Positions 1 through 9,685 of a stretch of 64,000 nucleotides of DNA are shown here, piece by piece. Positions within the stretch are counted from its first letter, which is position 1. Every line of letters starts with the position of its first letter. The DNA lies in the NCBI GenBank assembly GCA_963759805.1, contig CAVXAT010000011.1, positions 32,001-96,000 of the forward strand, read 5' to 3'. Under the pieces are notes generated by a model. That model was not told the DNA's origin, searched no databases, and saw only the letters and a list, made by a program, of their open reading frames with translations. A program made the translations under genes and the position numbers. This DNA comes from an uncultured bacterium (GTDB taxonomy: Bacteria > Babelota > Babeliae > Babelales > RVW-14).

Positions 1-1446
1 GTCTTGCATATCTTTTGCTGCAACGGCAATAACTTGAAGGCCCTGATTAAACATAAACTCCGCAATTGCTTTAAATTTGATTAACTCATTATTTTGTTTG
101 CAAAATTCAAAAATTTTCTCTTGAGCCCCTTTCACAATCAATTTGTTTAATCCCTCATATTTGTGCAAAGTAACCATATATTTTAAATTAGGTGAAAAAG
201 GGATCTCGGCTAGTCTTTTACCCTTTTTTCTGATGGCACAAACATTTATATCCAAATAACGAGCCAGATCCAAAATCGCAATGTCCGTCTGATTGCCCTT
301 GAACAAAACATCATCCTGTAATTGTGCATCATTATTTAAAACCGCTAAGGTAACTAATTTTTTCAATTCATCAGATTCAATTTTATTGGAGTAATCAACT
401 GCAAATACTTCACCATTACTTGTTACAACATCGCTAACAAGCATTTTACCTTCAGTTAATGTTCCGGTTTTATCAGTACAGATTACAGAAACACTTCCCA
501 AAGTTTCAGCCGCAACAAGATGTCGGACTAAAGCGTGACGTTTCAACATTCGCTGCATTCCGATTGCCAAAATTGCCGTAACCGTCACAAACAACCCCTC
601 CGGAACCGAAGCAACTGCAAGAGCAATTGCTATGGAAATAATCGTGTGCAGCTCAATCCCACGCCAAAATCCAATAGCCAAAACAACTGCGGAAACAGAA
701 ACCATTAAAACGCTAAGCAACCACGACAGTTGTAAAATTTGGTCCTGCAGAGGAGTAGAGGTTTCCTCTGTTTGCAAAACTAGTCCGGCAATTTGCCCCA
801 GATAAGATTGAATACCGGTGGCAACAACAATCCCCTCCGCCTTTCCACTAATTATGAATGTTCCGGCCAATGCCATATTCTTCTGTTCAGCAATGATCTT
901 TTTCTCACTTATTAGATCTGTACTTTTTTCAATAGGCGTTGACTCACCTGTCAAAATTGATTCATCAAAATTCAAATCAATGGCCTTTGTTATTCTAATA
1001 TCAGCAGGAACCTTGTCTCCAGCTGACAGTAAAACGATATCACCCGGGACTAAAATTTTTGAATTAATTGTAAAAATTTTTCCATCCCGTCTAACATTAC
1101 AAAATTGGGTCTCATACGCTTTAAGTGTAAAAACTGCCCGTTCAGCTTTATACTCCTGGAAAAACCCAACTATCGCATTTGCAAGTGCGGCAATCAAAAT
1201 AACAATGAAATCCTTGAATGAGTACATCAGCAAACTTGCTACCATTGCAAGAATCAGAATGGCCATTAATGGATTCAAAAATTGATTTAATAGAATAATC
1301 CAAACACTAGTCAACTCTTTATGTGGAATTTCATTATAGCCAAAGACATCCAGTCGTTGTCTGGCATCTTCACTGGAAAGCCCAGTTTGAATATCAGTTT
1401 TAAAATGCTGGGCAACAGAACCTAGATCCATTTGATAAAAATTCAT
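1..1446 (-). CDS. Cation-transporting P-type ATPase (P2 type, Ca2+/Mg2+-like); runs off the left edge
   Basis: Manual minus-strand translation from ATG 1446 gives MNFYQMD...GLSSEDARQRLDVFGYNEI, then LTGES, VPEGL and the DKTGT phosphorylation motif (Asp codon 472-474, in frame). Confidence 0.93.
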   Translation of the reverse strand, partial: MNFYQMDLGSVAQHFKTDIQTGLSSEDARQRLDVFGYNEIPHKELTSVWIILLNQFLNPLMAILILAMVASLLMYSFKDFIVILIAALANAIVGFFQEYKAERAVFTLKAYETQFCNVRRDGKIFTINSKILVPGDIVLLSAGDKVPADIRITKAIDLNFDESILTGESTPIEKSTDLISEKKIIAEQKNMALAGTFIISGKAEGIVVATGIQSYLGQIAGLVLQTEETSTPLQDQILQLSWLLSVLMVSVSAVVLAIGFWRGIELHTIISIAIALAVASVPEGLFVTVTAILAIGMQRMLKRHALVRHLVAAETLGSVSVICTDKTGTLTEGKMLVSDVVTSNGEVFAVDYSNKIESDELKKLVTLAVLNNDAQLQDDVLFKGNQTDIAILDLARYLDINVCAIRKKGKRLAEIPFSPNLKYMVTLHKYEGLNKLIVKGAQEKIFEFCKQNNELIKFKAIAEFMFNQGLQVIAVAAKDMQD

Positions 1447-1634
1447 ACCATCCCCCGATAAAGGTTAATTCTGACAATAATGCTTCAAAAGTCATAAATA
1501 TCTCTTACAATATTTCATATTGAATTTTCAACAAAAAAATATTTAAAGTATCCAAATTATTGTCCTTCGAGAAAATCTGGATTATAATCTGCAGACTAGA
1601 TTCGATAAATAAAATAATTTTTTTGGGGATAACC

Positions 1635-3206
1635 ATGAGCAAAACATTAACAAAGTTGTTTTTCGTATCCTTTTTTCTTTTCACATTTAATTACCCAGCA
1701 CACAGCGTAACTCATAAACAGGCACGGCTTGCAAGTATATCAGCAGGGACTGCCACAGGGCTAGCCGTAGCTGCTGCAATATTATATGTCAGTTTCAAAG
1801 CCAAACTTAACAACAAAACTGGAATTATAGCCTCAACAGCCGGAGGGGTATCCACCGCATTCTTAACCTATTTATGGATGATGAAAATACTTGAAAAATA
1901 TACGCCTGAGAATGTCCTTCAAGTAGTCAAGGACAAGTTTGAAAACATAAGACAAGACGATTTTGCTAATAAAGACTTTGTAAATGATGAAGAGATGCTA
2001 GAATATTTAAATTCTAAATTTGGAAATTCGTTAGCAAAAGAAGAATCTATCGACCATCTTAAAAACTTAAGCACTCAAACTAGCAAAATACTTGAAAATT
2101 TGAATCAAGTTCAGGATGTTGTTAAAAATTGTGATTTAATCAATATCTATCAAGAACTAAAAGATCGCATACTTCTCTTTGATGAGTTAATAAGTGTAAA
2201 AATGGCACAAGTAATCATAGCATTTATTAAAACTAATACAGATCTCAACTCAGATACTTTAAATCAACATTTAAAAAGCTTAGATAATGCACAGGAAATT
2301 ATCTACGAGATTGTATCAAAAATTCCACACAAAAAAATATTCGACAATGCAATGGCAACATTAAAAAGTCAAATCGACAAAATTGAAGATCTTAAAAATT
2401 TAATTCAAATTAAAAAAATCCAGTTAATAATACAGGAGACAGATAACCAACTAAAAGATGTATGCACAGAAACAATAACGGATCAGGCCAATCAGCTTGA
2501 GTACCTGTTATCGAGTCTGGATCAAGCACAAAATCAACTGCAAACAATGCCTAACAATTTAGCCAGTAAAGATTGTGAAGATCTCCTTAAGCTAAAAATT
2601 AAAGTAAAATTAAAACTGATAGAATCTTTAATAAAATTGATTGAAATGGACTATTTTATAAGCACTGAATTTGAAACGGATGAAAATTTAGGGAATATGA
2701 TCTCTACTAAATTTGAAAGCCCTTGGTATCTAATTCTAGCCAAGAAAGGCTTAGCAGCATATCTAAGTAAGCTAGACTACATAAGCAAAAATTTAGCGGA
2801 TGTAATAAAATTTATAAAAGAAAATCAAGAAACAGGTCAACTTAAAGAGCTTCATACAATTTTACAAGAAAAAACCATCCATTTAATCAAAAAGGTAGAA
2901 ACCTTAATGTTAATGATCGTAAAAAATAAAGATTACATGAGCCAACTTCAAGCATACGAGCAAAATCTAGTAACAAAAAAACAGATTGAAATTCTAGAAA
3001 ATCAAACTCTACTCATGGAAAAGCGAATTGAGAATGATAAAAAAACAGAAGCATCCATAAACAATCTCAAACAATCACAGGATTCTAAATTTCAAGACAT
3101 AAACACCAAAATTTATACGCTTGAAAACAAAATAAAAAATTATAATTGGAACATAGAATCCAAAATTGATCAACTCCAAAATATCGTAAAAGAAAAACTA
3201 ATTTGA
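1635..3206 (+). CDS. Hypothetical coiled-coil protein with signal peptide and two N-terminal hydrophobic segments (paralog 1)
   Basis: ORF 1560-3206. Start placed at ATG 1635 (MSKTLTKLFF) after GGGGA and shared with paralog 2. Confidence 0.8.
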   Translation: MSKTLTKLFFVSFFLFTFNYPAHSVTHKQARLASISAGTATGLAVAAAILYVSFKAKLNNKTGIIASTAGGVSTAFLTYLWMMKILEKYTPENVLQVVKDKFENIRQDDFANKDFVNDEEMLEYLNSKFGNSLAKEESIDHLKNLSTQTSKILENLNQVQDVVKNCDLINIYQELKDRILLFDELISVKMAQVIIAFIKTNTDLNSDTLNQHLKSLDNAQEIIYEIVSKIPHKKIFDNAMATLKSQIDKIEDLKNLIQIKKIQLIIQETDNQLKDVCTETITDQANQLEYLLSSLDQAQNQLQTMPNNLASKDCEDLLKLKIKVKLKLIESLIKLIEMDYFISTEFETDENLGNMISTKFESPWYLILAKKGLAAYLSKLDYISKNLADVIKFIKENQETGQLKELHTILQEKTIHLIKKVETLMLMIVKNKDYMSQLQAYEQNLVTKKQIEILENQTLLMEKRIENDKKTEASINNLKQSQDSKFQDINTKIYTLENKIKNYNWNIESKIDQLQNIVKEKLI

Positions 3207-3283
3207 TTTTAAGAACAGTGCAAAATCATTGATCGTTTTTAAAGTTAAAAACCATTAAGGAAATAATTTTTTTGAGGATAACC

Positions 3284-4864
3284 ATGAGCAAAACATTAAC
3301 AAAGTTGTTTTTCGTATCCTTTTTTCTTTTCACATTTAATTACCCGGCACACAGCGTAACTCATAAACAGGCACGGCTTGCAAGTATATCAGCAGGGACT
3401 GCCACAGGGCTAGCCGTAGCTATTGCAATATTATATGGTAGCAGCAAAGCCCCAATTAACACCCAAACTGAAATTATAGCCACAGCCGGAGGGATATCCA
3501 CTGCATTCTTAACCTATTTATGTATGATAAAAATACTTAAAAAATATACGCCTGAGAATTTCCTACAATCTATCAAGGACAAGTTTGAAAAAATAAAACA
3601 TGACGACCTGGCTAATCAAGACTTTATAAATGACAAAGAAATATTAGAATACCTAAATTCTAAGTTCGGAAATTCGTTCGCAAACGAAGAATCTATTGTC
3701 CATCTTAAAAACTTAAAAGCTCAAACAGATAAGATCCTTGAAGAATTAAATCAAATTCAAAATTGTACTAAAAGTTGTGATCTAATCAAGCTTTATGAAG
3801 AACTACAAAATAATCTACTTTTCTTTGATGAACTAATAAGTATAAAAATTACACAAGTAATCATGGCATTTATTAAAACGGATATAAATTCAAACTTAGA
3901 TACTTTAAATAAACAGCTAGAAAGCTTATATAACTCGTATGAAATTATCTCCGAAATGATATCCAAAATTCCACACAAAAAAATATTCGACAATGCAATG
4001 GCAACATTAAAAAGTCAAATCGATAAAATTGAAAATCTTAAAAATTTAATTCAAATTAAAAAAATCCAGTTAATAATACAGGAGTCAGATAACCAACTAA
4101 AAGATGTATGCACAGAAACAATAACGGATCAGGCCAATCAGCTTGAGTACCTGTTATCGAGTCTGGATCAAGCACAAAATCAACTGCAAACAATGCCTAA
4201 CAATTTAGCCAGTAAAGATTGTGAAGATCTCCTTAAGCTAAAAATTAAAGTAAAATTAAAACTGATAGAATCTTTAATAAAATTGATTGAAATGGACTAT
4301 TTTATAAGCACTGAATTTGAAACGGATGAAAATTTAGGGAATATGATCTCTACTAAATTTGAAAGCCCTTGGTATCTAATTCTAGCCAAGAAAGGCTTAG
4401 CAGCATATCTAAGTAAGCTAGACTACATAAGCAAAAATTTAGCGGATGTAATAAAATTTATAAAAGAAAATCAAGAAACAGATCAGCTTAAAGAGCTTCA
4501 TACAATTTTACAAGAAAAAACCATACGTTTAATCAAAAAGGTAGAAACCTTAATGTTAATGATCGTAAAAAATAAAGATTACATGAGCCAACTTCAAACA
4601 TATGAGCAAAATCTAGTAACAAAAAAACAGCTGGAAAAACGGATTGAGAATGATAAAAAAATAGAAACATCCATAAATAATCTTAAACAGTCACAGGATT
4701 CTAAATTCCAAGACATAAGCACCAAAATCTATACGCTTGAAAACAAAATAAAAAATTATGAAAGGAGACGATTGATTAAATATTTGAAAATGCAATCTAA
4801 AATCGATCAACTCCAAAACGCTATAAAAGAAAAAAGTTATTTGCCCCAACCCCGTCCTACTTAG
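3284..4864 (+). CDS. Hypothetical coiled-coil protein (paralog 2, tandem duplicate)
   Basis: Same N-terminus and near-identical central region as 1635-3206; GAGGA RBS before ATG 3284. Confidence 0.8.
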   Translation: MSKTLTKLFFVSFFLFTFNYPAHSVTHKQARLASISAGTATGLAVAIAILYGSSKAPINTQTEIIATAGGISTAFLTYLCMIKILKKYTPENFLQSIKDKFEKIKHDDLANQDFINDKEILEYLNSKFGNSFANEESIVHLKNLKAQTDKILEELNQIQNCTKSCDLIKLYEELQNNLLFFDELISIKITQVIMAFIKTDINSNLDTLNKQLESLYNSYEIISEMISKIPHKKIFDNAMATLKSQIDKIENLKNLIQIKKIQLIIQESDNQLKDVCTETITDQANQLEYLLSSLDQAQNQLQTMPNNLASKDCEDLLKLKIKVKLKLIESLIKLIEMDYFISTEFETDENLGNMISTKFESPWYLILAKKGLAAYLSKLDYISKNLADVIKFIKENQETDQLKELHTILQEKTIRLIKKVETLMLMIVKNKDYMSQLQTYEQNLVTKKQLEKRIENDKKIETSINNLKQSQDSKFQDISTKIYTLENKIKNYERRRLIKYLKMQSKIDQLQNAIKEKSYLPQPRPT

Positions 4865-5969
4865 ATTTTTTCAATGCAAATTGCCCACAGCCACCGGCAA
4901 TATCAACCCCATGACTACGCCGAACCGTAACCATAAATGACTTTGATTTTAAGAACAGTGCAAAATCATTGATAGTTTTTTCTGTCGAAGCGCGCAATGC
5001 AGGTTTCTGCATTGTATCGTTTGTTGGGTTATACGGAATCAGATTAAATTTAACCTTAACGTTACTCAAAAGCCTGACAAGTTGCTTCGCATGCTCGGCC
5101 TGATCGTTTATGCCCGCTAACATTATGTACTCAATCGTTATGCAATCACGTTTGCCTAATTCAATTTTTTGCAGCTCACCTACAAGCTTTGATAGCGGGA
5201 ACGTTTTATTAATCGGCATGTACTCTGACCTAAGTTCATCGTTTGGAAAATGGAGCGAAACGGCAAGATTTACTTCAAACTTATTGATAAATGCCGCAAT
5301 ACCGGGACCAACCCCGGCAGTAGAAACCGTAATTTTTGATCTGGACAAACCCAATAAATTTTCATCAAGTAGAGTAGATATAGCCCTTTTAACTGCATCT
5401 AAATTCAGAAACGGCTCTCCCATGCCCATAAAAACCACATTTGAGATACGGCCCGCAAGCTTGTGCTCTTGTGCATATTTTTCAACAACCAAAAACTGTC
5501 CTACAATTTCGCTTGAATCAAGCTTTCTGACAAAACCGATCTCGGAACCGGTAGCACAAAAACGGCACTTGAGAGGACACCCAACCATGCAAGATACACA
5601 GATGGTAGCACGTCTTGAAACTATACCCTTTTCATCCTGGCCTGCCAGCCATAGCCTTCCAGAGGCGACGGCTGGAACGATCATTAAAATAGATTCGATT
5701 AATTTACCATCGTGCGCTTTGAGTAAGAACTTATAAGAACCATCTTTTTTGGACTCAATAACATCTTCAATTTGCGGAACAAAAAAATCGAATTTCTCTG
5801 ATAGCATAGTCTGCATGTTTTTTGAAAAACTTGTCATTTTAGAAAAATCGAACACATGCTTTTTGAAAATCCAATCACAAAGTTGGGTAAGCCTGAATTT
5901 TTCAAATCCAAATTCAAGCATTAACTCTTTAAGTTCACCAAACGATAAATCCAAAATATTTTTTCTCAT
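4857..5969 (-). CDS. rlmN: 23S rRNA m2A2503 radical SAM methyltransferase RlmN, carrying a 12-aa in-frame repeat insertion
   Basis: CxxxCxxC (CPLKCRFC), MGMGEP and GCGQ motifs. Confidence 0.96.
   Translation of the reverse strand: MRKNILDLSFGELKELMLEFGFEKFRLTQLCDWIFKKHVFDFSKMTSFSKNMQTMLSEKFDFFVPQIEDVIESKKDGSYKFLLKAHDGKLIESILMIVPAVASGRLWLAGQDEKGIVSRRATICVSCMVGCPLKCRFCATGSEIGFVRKLDSSEIVGQFLVVEKYAQEHKLAGRISNVVFMGMGEPFLNLDAVKRAISTLLDENLLGLSRSKITVSTAGVGPGIAAFINKFEVNLAVSLHFPNDELRSEYMPINKTFPLSKLVGELQKIELGKRDCITIEYIMLAGINDQAEHAKQLVRLLSNVKVKFNLIPYNPTNDTMQKPALRASTEKTINDFALFLKSKSFMVTVRRSHGVDIAGGCGQFALKKSK
5639..5674 (-). repeat. Family B 36-bp palindromic element, in frame in rlmN
   Basis: Minus strand CAGCCGTCGCCTCTGGAAGGCTATGGCTGGCAGGCC, closely similar to 30977-31012. 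Removing it restores ...ATC GTT CAG GAT GAA. Confidence 0.88.
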
Positions 5970-6252
5970 ATGAATATCTGCACCTATAAAAACCTGTCAA
6001 AACCTACTAGAAACAGCTAAATTCATTTACAAACTAAGTTTAGCATGACGCTAAAATAAAAGCCAACAGGCTAACAGAACACATTTGGCCCAAATTTGCG
6101 CAAAAAGGCTATTTGGAGGCGGTTTTAAATTAGTATCAAACCAATACCATTGACTTGGACCACTGCGATTAATTATATTTAAAATATACGAAATACCACA
6201 AATACAACACAAAGTAATAAATACTAATCTTTAGGGGGAAGGGGGAAAAATC

Positions 6253-6858
6253 ATGAGATCGCTAAAAATTTTATCACTGGCCTGTCTAATTTCACTGTCG
6301 CAAGCAAACACAACCAAGGCATCGCGAAATTTCGATGCAGATAATCCACCAAATCCAATGGATGCCAAAAATGTTACACTCACCATTTTTAATAAAACAG
6401 ATACGCCAATCAAAACTAGCTTTTTTTTGGAAAATAAAAAAGTATGTCACGGCAAAATAATAGAACCGGGAAACCAGCTCATATTTGATGTAGAAGGAAG
6501 ATACAATAAAAAAAGAGCTTACTTTAAATTTCGTATCCCAGGAGATAAAACCAAAGGCACAGGGGTAAGATTCTTTTACAAAAAAGAAGCCAAAGCCAGA
6601 GGGATAAAAATAGACGAAATATATCTTCTACAAGATAACCAAGGAAACTTTGTTATAAGCACAACTCCGGAAATAAACCAAATAACAACACTTTTGAAGG
6701 CTGACATCCATGCAACTCTGCCACCTGCAGTTTTTCCTGAAAAACGTAAAAAGTCTAACAAGAACAAGGTTGCATCTAAAAAGCATAAAATATCAAAACA
6801 CAAAACAAAATCAAAACATGAAACAAGATTAAAACACGAAGTTGCAATCGAAAATTAA
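6253..6858 (+). CDS. Secreted hypothetical protein with Lys/His-rich basic C-terminal tail
   Basis: N-terminal signal-like peptide, purine-rich RBS, tail EKRKKSNKNKVASKKHKISKHK. Confidence 0.75.
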   Translation: MRSLKILSLACLISLSQANTTKASRNFDADNPPNPMDAKNVTLTIFNKTDTPIKTSFFLENKKVCHGKIIEPGNQLIFDVEGRYNKKRAYFKFRIPGDKTKGTGVRFFYKKEAKARGIKIDEIYLLQDNQGNFVISTTPEINQITTLLKADIHATLPPAVFPEKRKKSNKNKVASKKHKISKHKTKSKHETRLKHEVAIEN

Positions 6859-6889
6859 TATTCAAAAATTATAATTTAATCGCAAACAG

Positions 6890-6921
6890 TAAGGCGGCAG
6901 TTTTTTACAACTACCGCCTTA
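6890..6921. terminator. Hairpin terminator between convergent genes
   Basis: TAAGGCGGcAG...CTaCCGCCTTA stem. Confidence 0.6.
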
Positions 6922-6942
6922 TGCTATCTAAATCAATCGTCT

Positions 6943-7866
6943 TTAATTTTTAACACCAACATATGCAAACAGAGGATCATGCAGTTTGCGTCCAGTTTTT
7001 TCGTGGGTAATGCTGAATAATGGGAGCGAAAGCAGCTTGTTAAACTCTTCAAATTCACCCTCGACCAAATACCCATAAACCCCATCTCTGCTCAATAAAT
7101 TTTTGTGTAATGCTGTCAAAAATGGTTCCAAAGGCTTTGGGGAAAAATCTGATGCAATAAGAATATCACACCGGCTAATTTCTCCGTGATTAATTTGCAA
7201 ACCATACTCATCCACATTGTCATATATATTGCACTCAATATTTAATTTAGAAATATAATATTTTTTCAAATATGAAAACCAATGCAAAAATTGAGAAAAC
7301 ATTCTATTAAGTTCGCAAAAACTTAAATAGCATTTTGTTTTATCATATGCTTTTACGAAACAGGGAATATACAAATTATCAACAAGATTTACCTGTATAT
7401 TAAAAAAACCACCTTCAATCAATTTGTTGAGAATAACAAGCGTATCAAATAATCTGCCTGAACCCAATATCGTTATATTAACAACCCCATTTTTATCTGC
7501 AAATACTCGTTTTATCTCAGACAAAAGAAAATACTCAAAAGATCCTCTTATCCCTGGATGTCTACGTCTATCAAAGTTATCACAATGACATTCATCCAAA
7601 AGCCCCAAAACGTGTGCTTTCCCTTGCGTCTTAAATTCACGGATTTCCGAGAGAAACTCTGCTATTGATGTAAAAGTATTCGATCGATTAAATGCTTGAT
7701 CCATACACTTTTTTATGTGATCAAATTGTATTAATTCACTGTCCCCAAAACTTCCTCTATTTTGTTCAAATTTAAGCGTACAATGCCCGGCATAACAACC
7801 TTTACCAATGCACAGTAGTAAAACCAAAACAAAAAAAACTGAAGCTTTTCGTTTGATATTAAACAT
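6943..7866 (-). CDS. Secreted hypothetical protein, possible SAM-dependent methyltransferase-like fold
   Basis: Signal peptide; ITILGSGRLFD and VNLVD segments resemble class I MTase motifs I and II. Confidence 0.65.
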   Translation of the reverse strand: MFNIKRKASVFFVLVLLLCIGKGCYAGHCTLKFEQNRGSFGDSELIQFDHIKKCMDQAFNRSNTFTSIAEFLSEIREFKTQGKAHVLGLLDECHCDNFDRRRHPGIRGSFEYFLLSEIKRVFADKNGVVNITILGSGRLFDTLVILNKLIEGGFFNIQVNLVDNLYIPCFVKAYDKTKCYLSFCELNRMFSQFLHWFSYLKKYYISKLNIECNIYDNVDEYGLQINHGEISRCDILIASDFSPKPLEPFLTALHKNLLSRDGVYGYLVEGEFEEFNKLLSLPLFSITHEKTGRKLHDPLFAYVGVKN

Positions 7867-8037
7867 GGGGATCTCTTAAAAAAATTAGCTTATAAAAATA
7901 TAACCTCATTTTGCCTTCCATTGTTTATAGTATGACATATGGGGTTAAATAAAACAAAGGCTGATTGGGACGGGATTGGTCATAGAAAATACTGAAACAT
8001 TTCAGGCTGTGACATAAAAAACTCGAACTTTGGGGAG

Positions 8038-8343
8038 CCACCTACGCCCTCCGCCTAACGGCTTCGTGGCTATGCATGGCAGGCCATCTCTGACCATTAT
8101 CCCGTGACTTCTTTGCGTCATAAGCAACCGTGCTTTTTAACCAAAAAGGCTTCGTAATATCCGTGCTTTTTAACCAAATATTAACTAAAGTTAGAATTGT
8201 TTGATCATCAAAATAGCTCGTAATTTATTCGCCGTCGCCAGAAAACCCCATGGCTTACGACGAAGCCCCGAGCGTTGCGATGGGGCGAAGACGGGTTTGG
8301 CTATGGCGGAATTTCGCGCGATACAACGGCTTTAAAGCCGTTG
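8038..8343. repeat. Intergenic cluster of degenerate or nested family B-like palindromes, an 18-bp direct repeat and a perfect 20-bp palindrome
   Basis: 8038-8085 CGCCC..TTCGTGGCTA..GGCAGGCC; 8230-8310 GCCGTCGCC..GGCTATGGC; CCGTGCTTTTTAACCAAA at 8128 and 8161; CAACGGCTTTAAAGCCGTTG at 8324-8343. Confidence 0.65.
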
Positions 8344-8365
8344 AGCGCTTCATTTAAATATCAAG

Positions 8366-9685
8366 TTAAAGGCTTTTTATACCGACACAATTCCATTCAT
8401 CCGAAATCTTTTTGACAGCAACTTTATCAAAACATACTGCAATTCCACAGTCCCCTCCCCCGGCACCGGAGAGCTTGGCAGCTGCACCATATCTTTGGGC
8501 AATTCCAACCAGTTTTTTTAATTCTTGAGTCTCCAACTCGATGCCAGATTCAATACTTAATTGAGCAAGCAGATCTCGATTTTTATTTATTAAATCAATT
8601 ATTTTAACTTGATCACAGCATTTGAGTGCGCTAACAAGTTTGCATACAACAGAATTTATTGACTCCATAATTTTTTTGTACTGCACCAGATTTTCTTGTC
8701 TGAATTTATGCATTTTTTCAATCATTTTGTGAGTTGACGCACTGCAGCCGGTAAATCCTATCAATACACGCAATTTTTCAGGCATTTTAATCTCTTTAAT
8801 TTCAAGATTTGGCCAATCGGCAAAAATTATGTCACTAATTTTTTGCCCAAATTCTGCTTTTGACCCTAATTTCGACGCTACTTTTAATTCAAGTTTTGAT
8901 TTAAGCCATTCAGGATCAAATCTACTGTAAATAATCGGCTTTTGATAAGTTGAGCATGCAACATCAAAACCGCTACCCAATTTACCAAATGCAAGATAAT
9001 GAGATATGCATGCAAGTTTAAAAATTAAGTCTACGTTTTTAACAGAATCAGTATCAAAATCATGAAATTTCAAAATAGCCTTGCAAACTGCAACAACAAC
9101 AGCGGCACTGCTACCAAGCCCAGGTTTGCAAAAACTAAACTTACTGTGCCCCGGCATTGCTAAATCATTAACATTTGAAATCTCAGAAATAACCGTTAGC
9201 TCAAACGGTTTTATCGCCGCGCCCTGCTCACTCAAAAACTGCAGGCTGTTTTGAATGGCGATAAAACATGGCTTGAAACGTAACTTTTGCACTTGAGAAA
9301 TATTTGCATGATTTGCAAGAGAAACGCCATCCCAGCGCAGAACAACGTCAATCAAATCGATATCTTGGGAATTAAAAATAATCTGCTCGCAGGATACTGC
9401 ACCATTTTGCGTAATTAATATATCATTCTTGCCCGCTCGTGGTGAGTGTTTTTTGCAGGCCGCACCCTTCGATACGCCTCGCAAAGCTCGGCACTCAGGG
9501 CGAGCGGCCAAAAAAAATGTATCGAACCATGCGGGCATAAAATTTGCCTCTAATGGTACGAGTTGTACAGTAACATACTTTTGTACCGGCAAAACAATAC
9601 AACTGTTGCCCGGCTCAAGAACTCCCCACTCTCCGGCAAGCATAATTTTACCTGGAGCTTTAACCTCAATCACCGGCAACTCCAC
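8366..9685 (-). CDS. mvaK2: Phosphomevalonate kinase (GHMP) with in-frame repeat insertion
   Basis: APGKIMLAGEW, KPGLGSSAA, GSGFDVA and KLSGAGGGDCG motifs; overlaps the end of mvaD. Confidence 0.92.
   Translation of the reverse strand: MELPVIEVKAPGKIMLAGEWGVLEPGNSCIVLPVQKYVTVQLVPLEANFMPAWFDTFFLAARPECRALRGVSKGAACKKHSPRAGKNDILITQNGAVSCEQIIFNSQDIDLIDVVLRWDGVSLANHANISQVQKLRFKPCFIAIQNSLQFLSEQGAAIKPFELTVISEISNVNDLAMPGHSKFSFCKPGLGSSAAVVVAVCKAILKFHDFDTDSVKNVDLIFKLACISHYLAFGKLGSGFDVACSTYQKPIIYSRFDPEWLKSKLELKVASKLGSKAEFGQKISDIIFADWPNLEIKEIKMPEKLRVLIGFTGCSASTHKMIEKMHKFRQENLVQYKKIMESINSVVCKLVSALKCCDQVKIIDLINKNRDLLAQLSIESGIELETQELKKLVGIAQRYGAAAKLSGAGGGDCGIAVCFDKVAVKKISDEWNCVGIKSL
9430..9537 (+). repeat. 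Family A element with a second, inverted family A copy nested inside (108 bp, in frame in pmk)
   Basis: TGCCCGC-TCGTGGTGAGTG...TGTATCGAACCAT-GCGGGCA enclosing CCCTTCGATACG...CACTCAGGGCGAGCGG. Confidence 0.88.

Noticed and set aside
818..1285. 155-aa plus-strand ORF
   Set aside because: Antisense shadow of the P-type ATPase.
8128..8178. Two 18-bp direct repeats as a mini-CRISPR
   Set aside because: Only two units with a 15-bp gap, too short for a repeat-spacer array.
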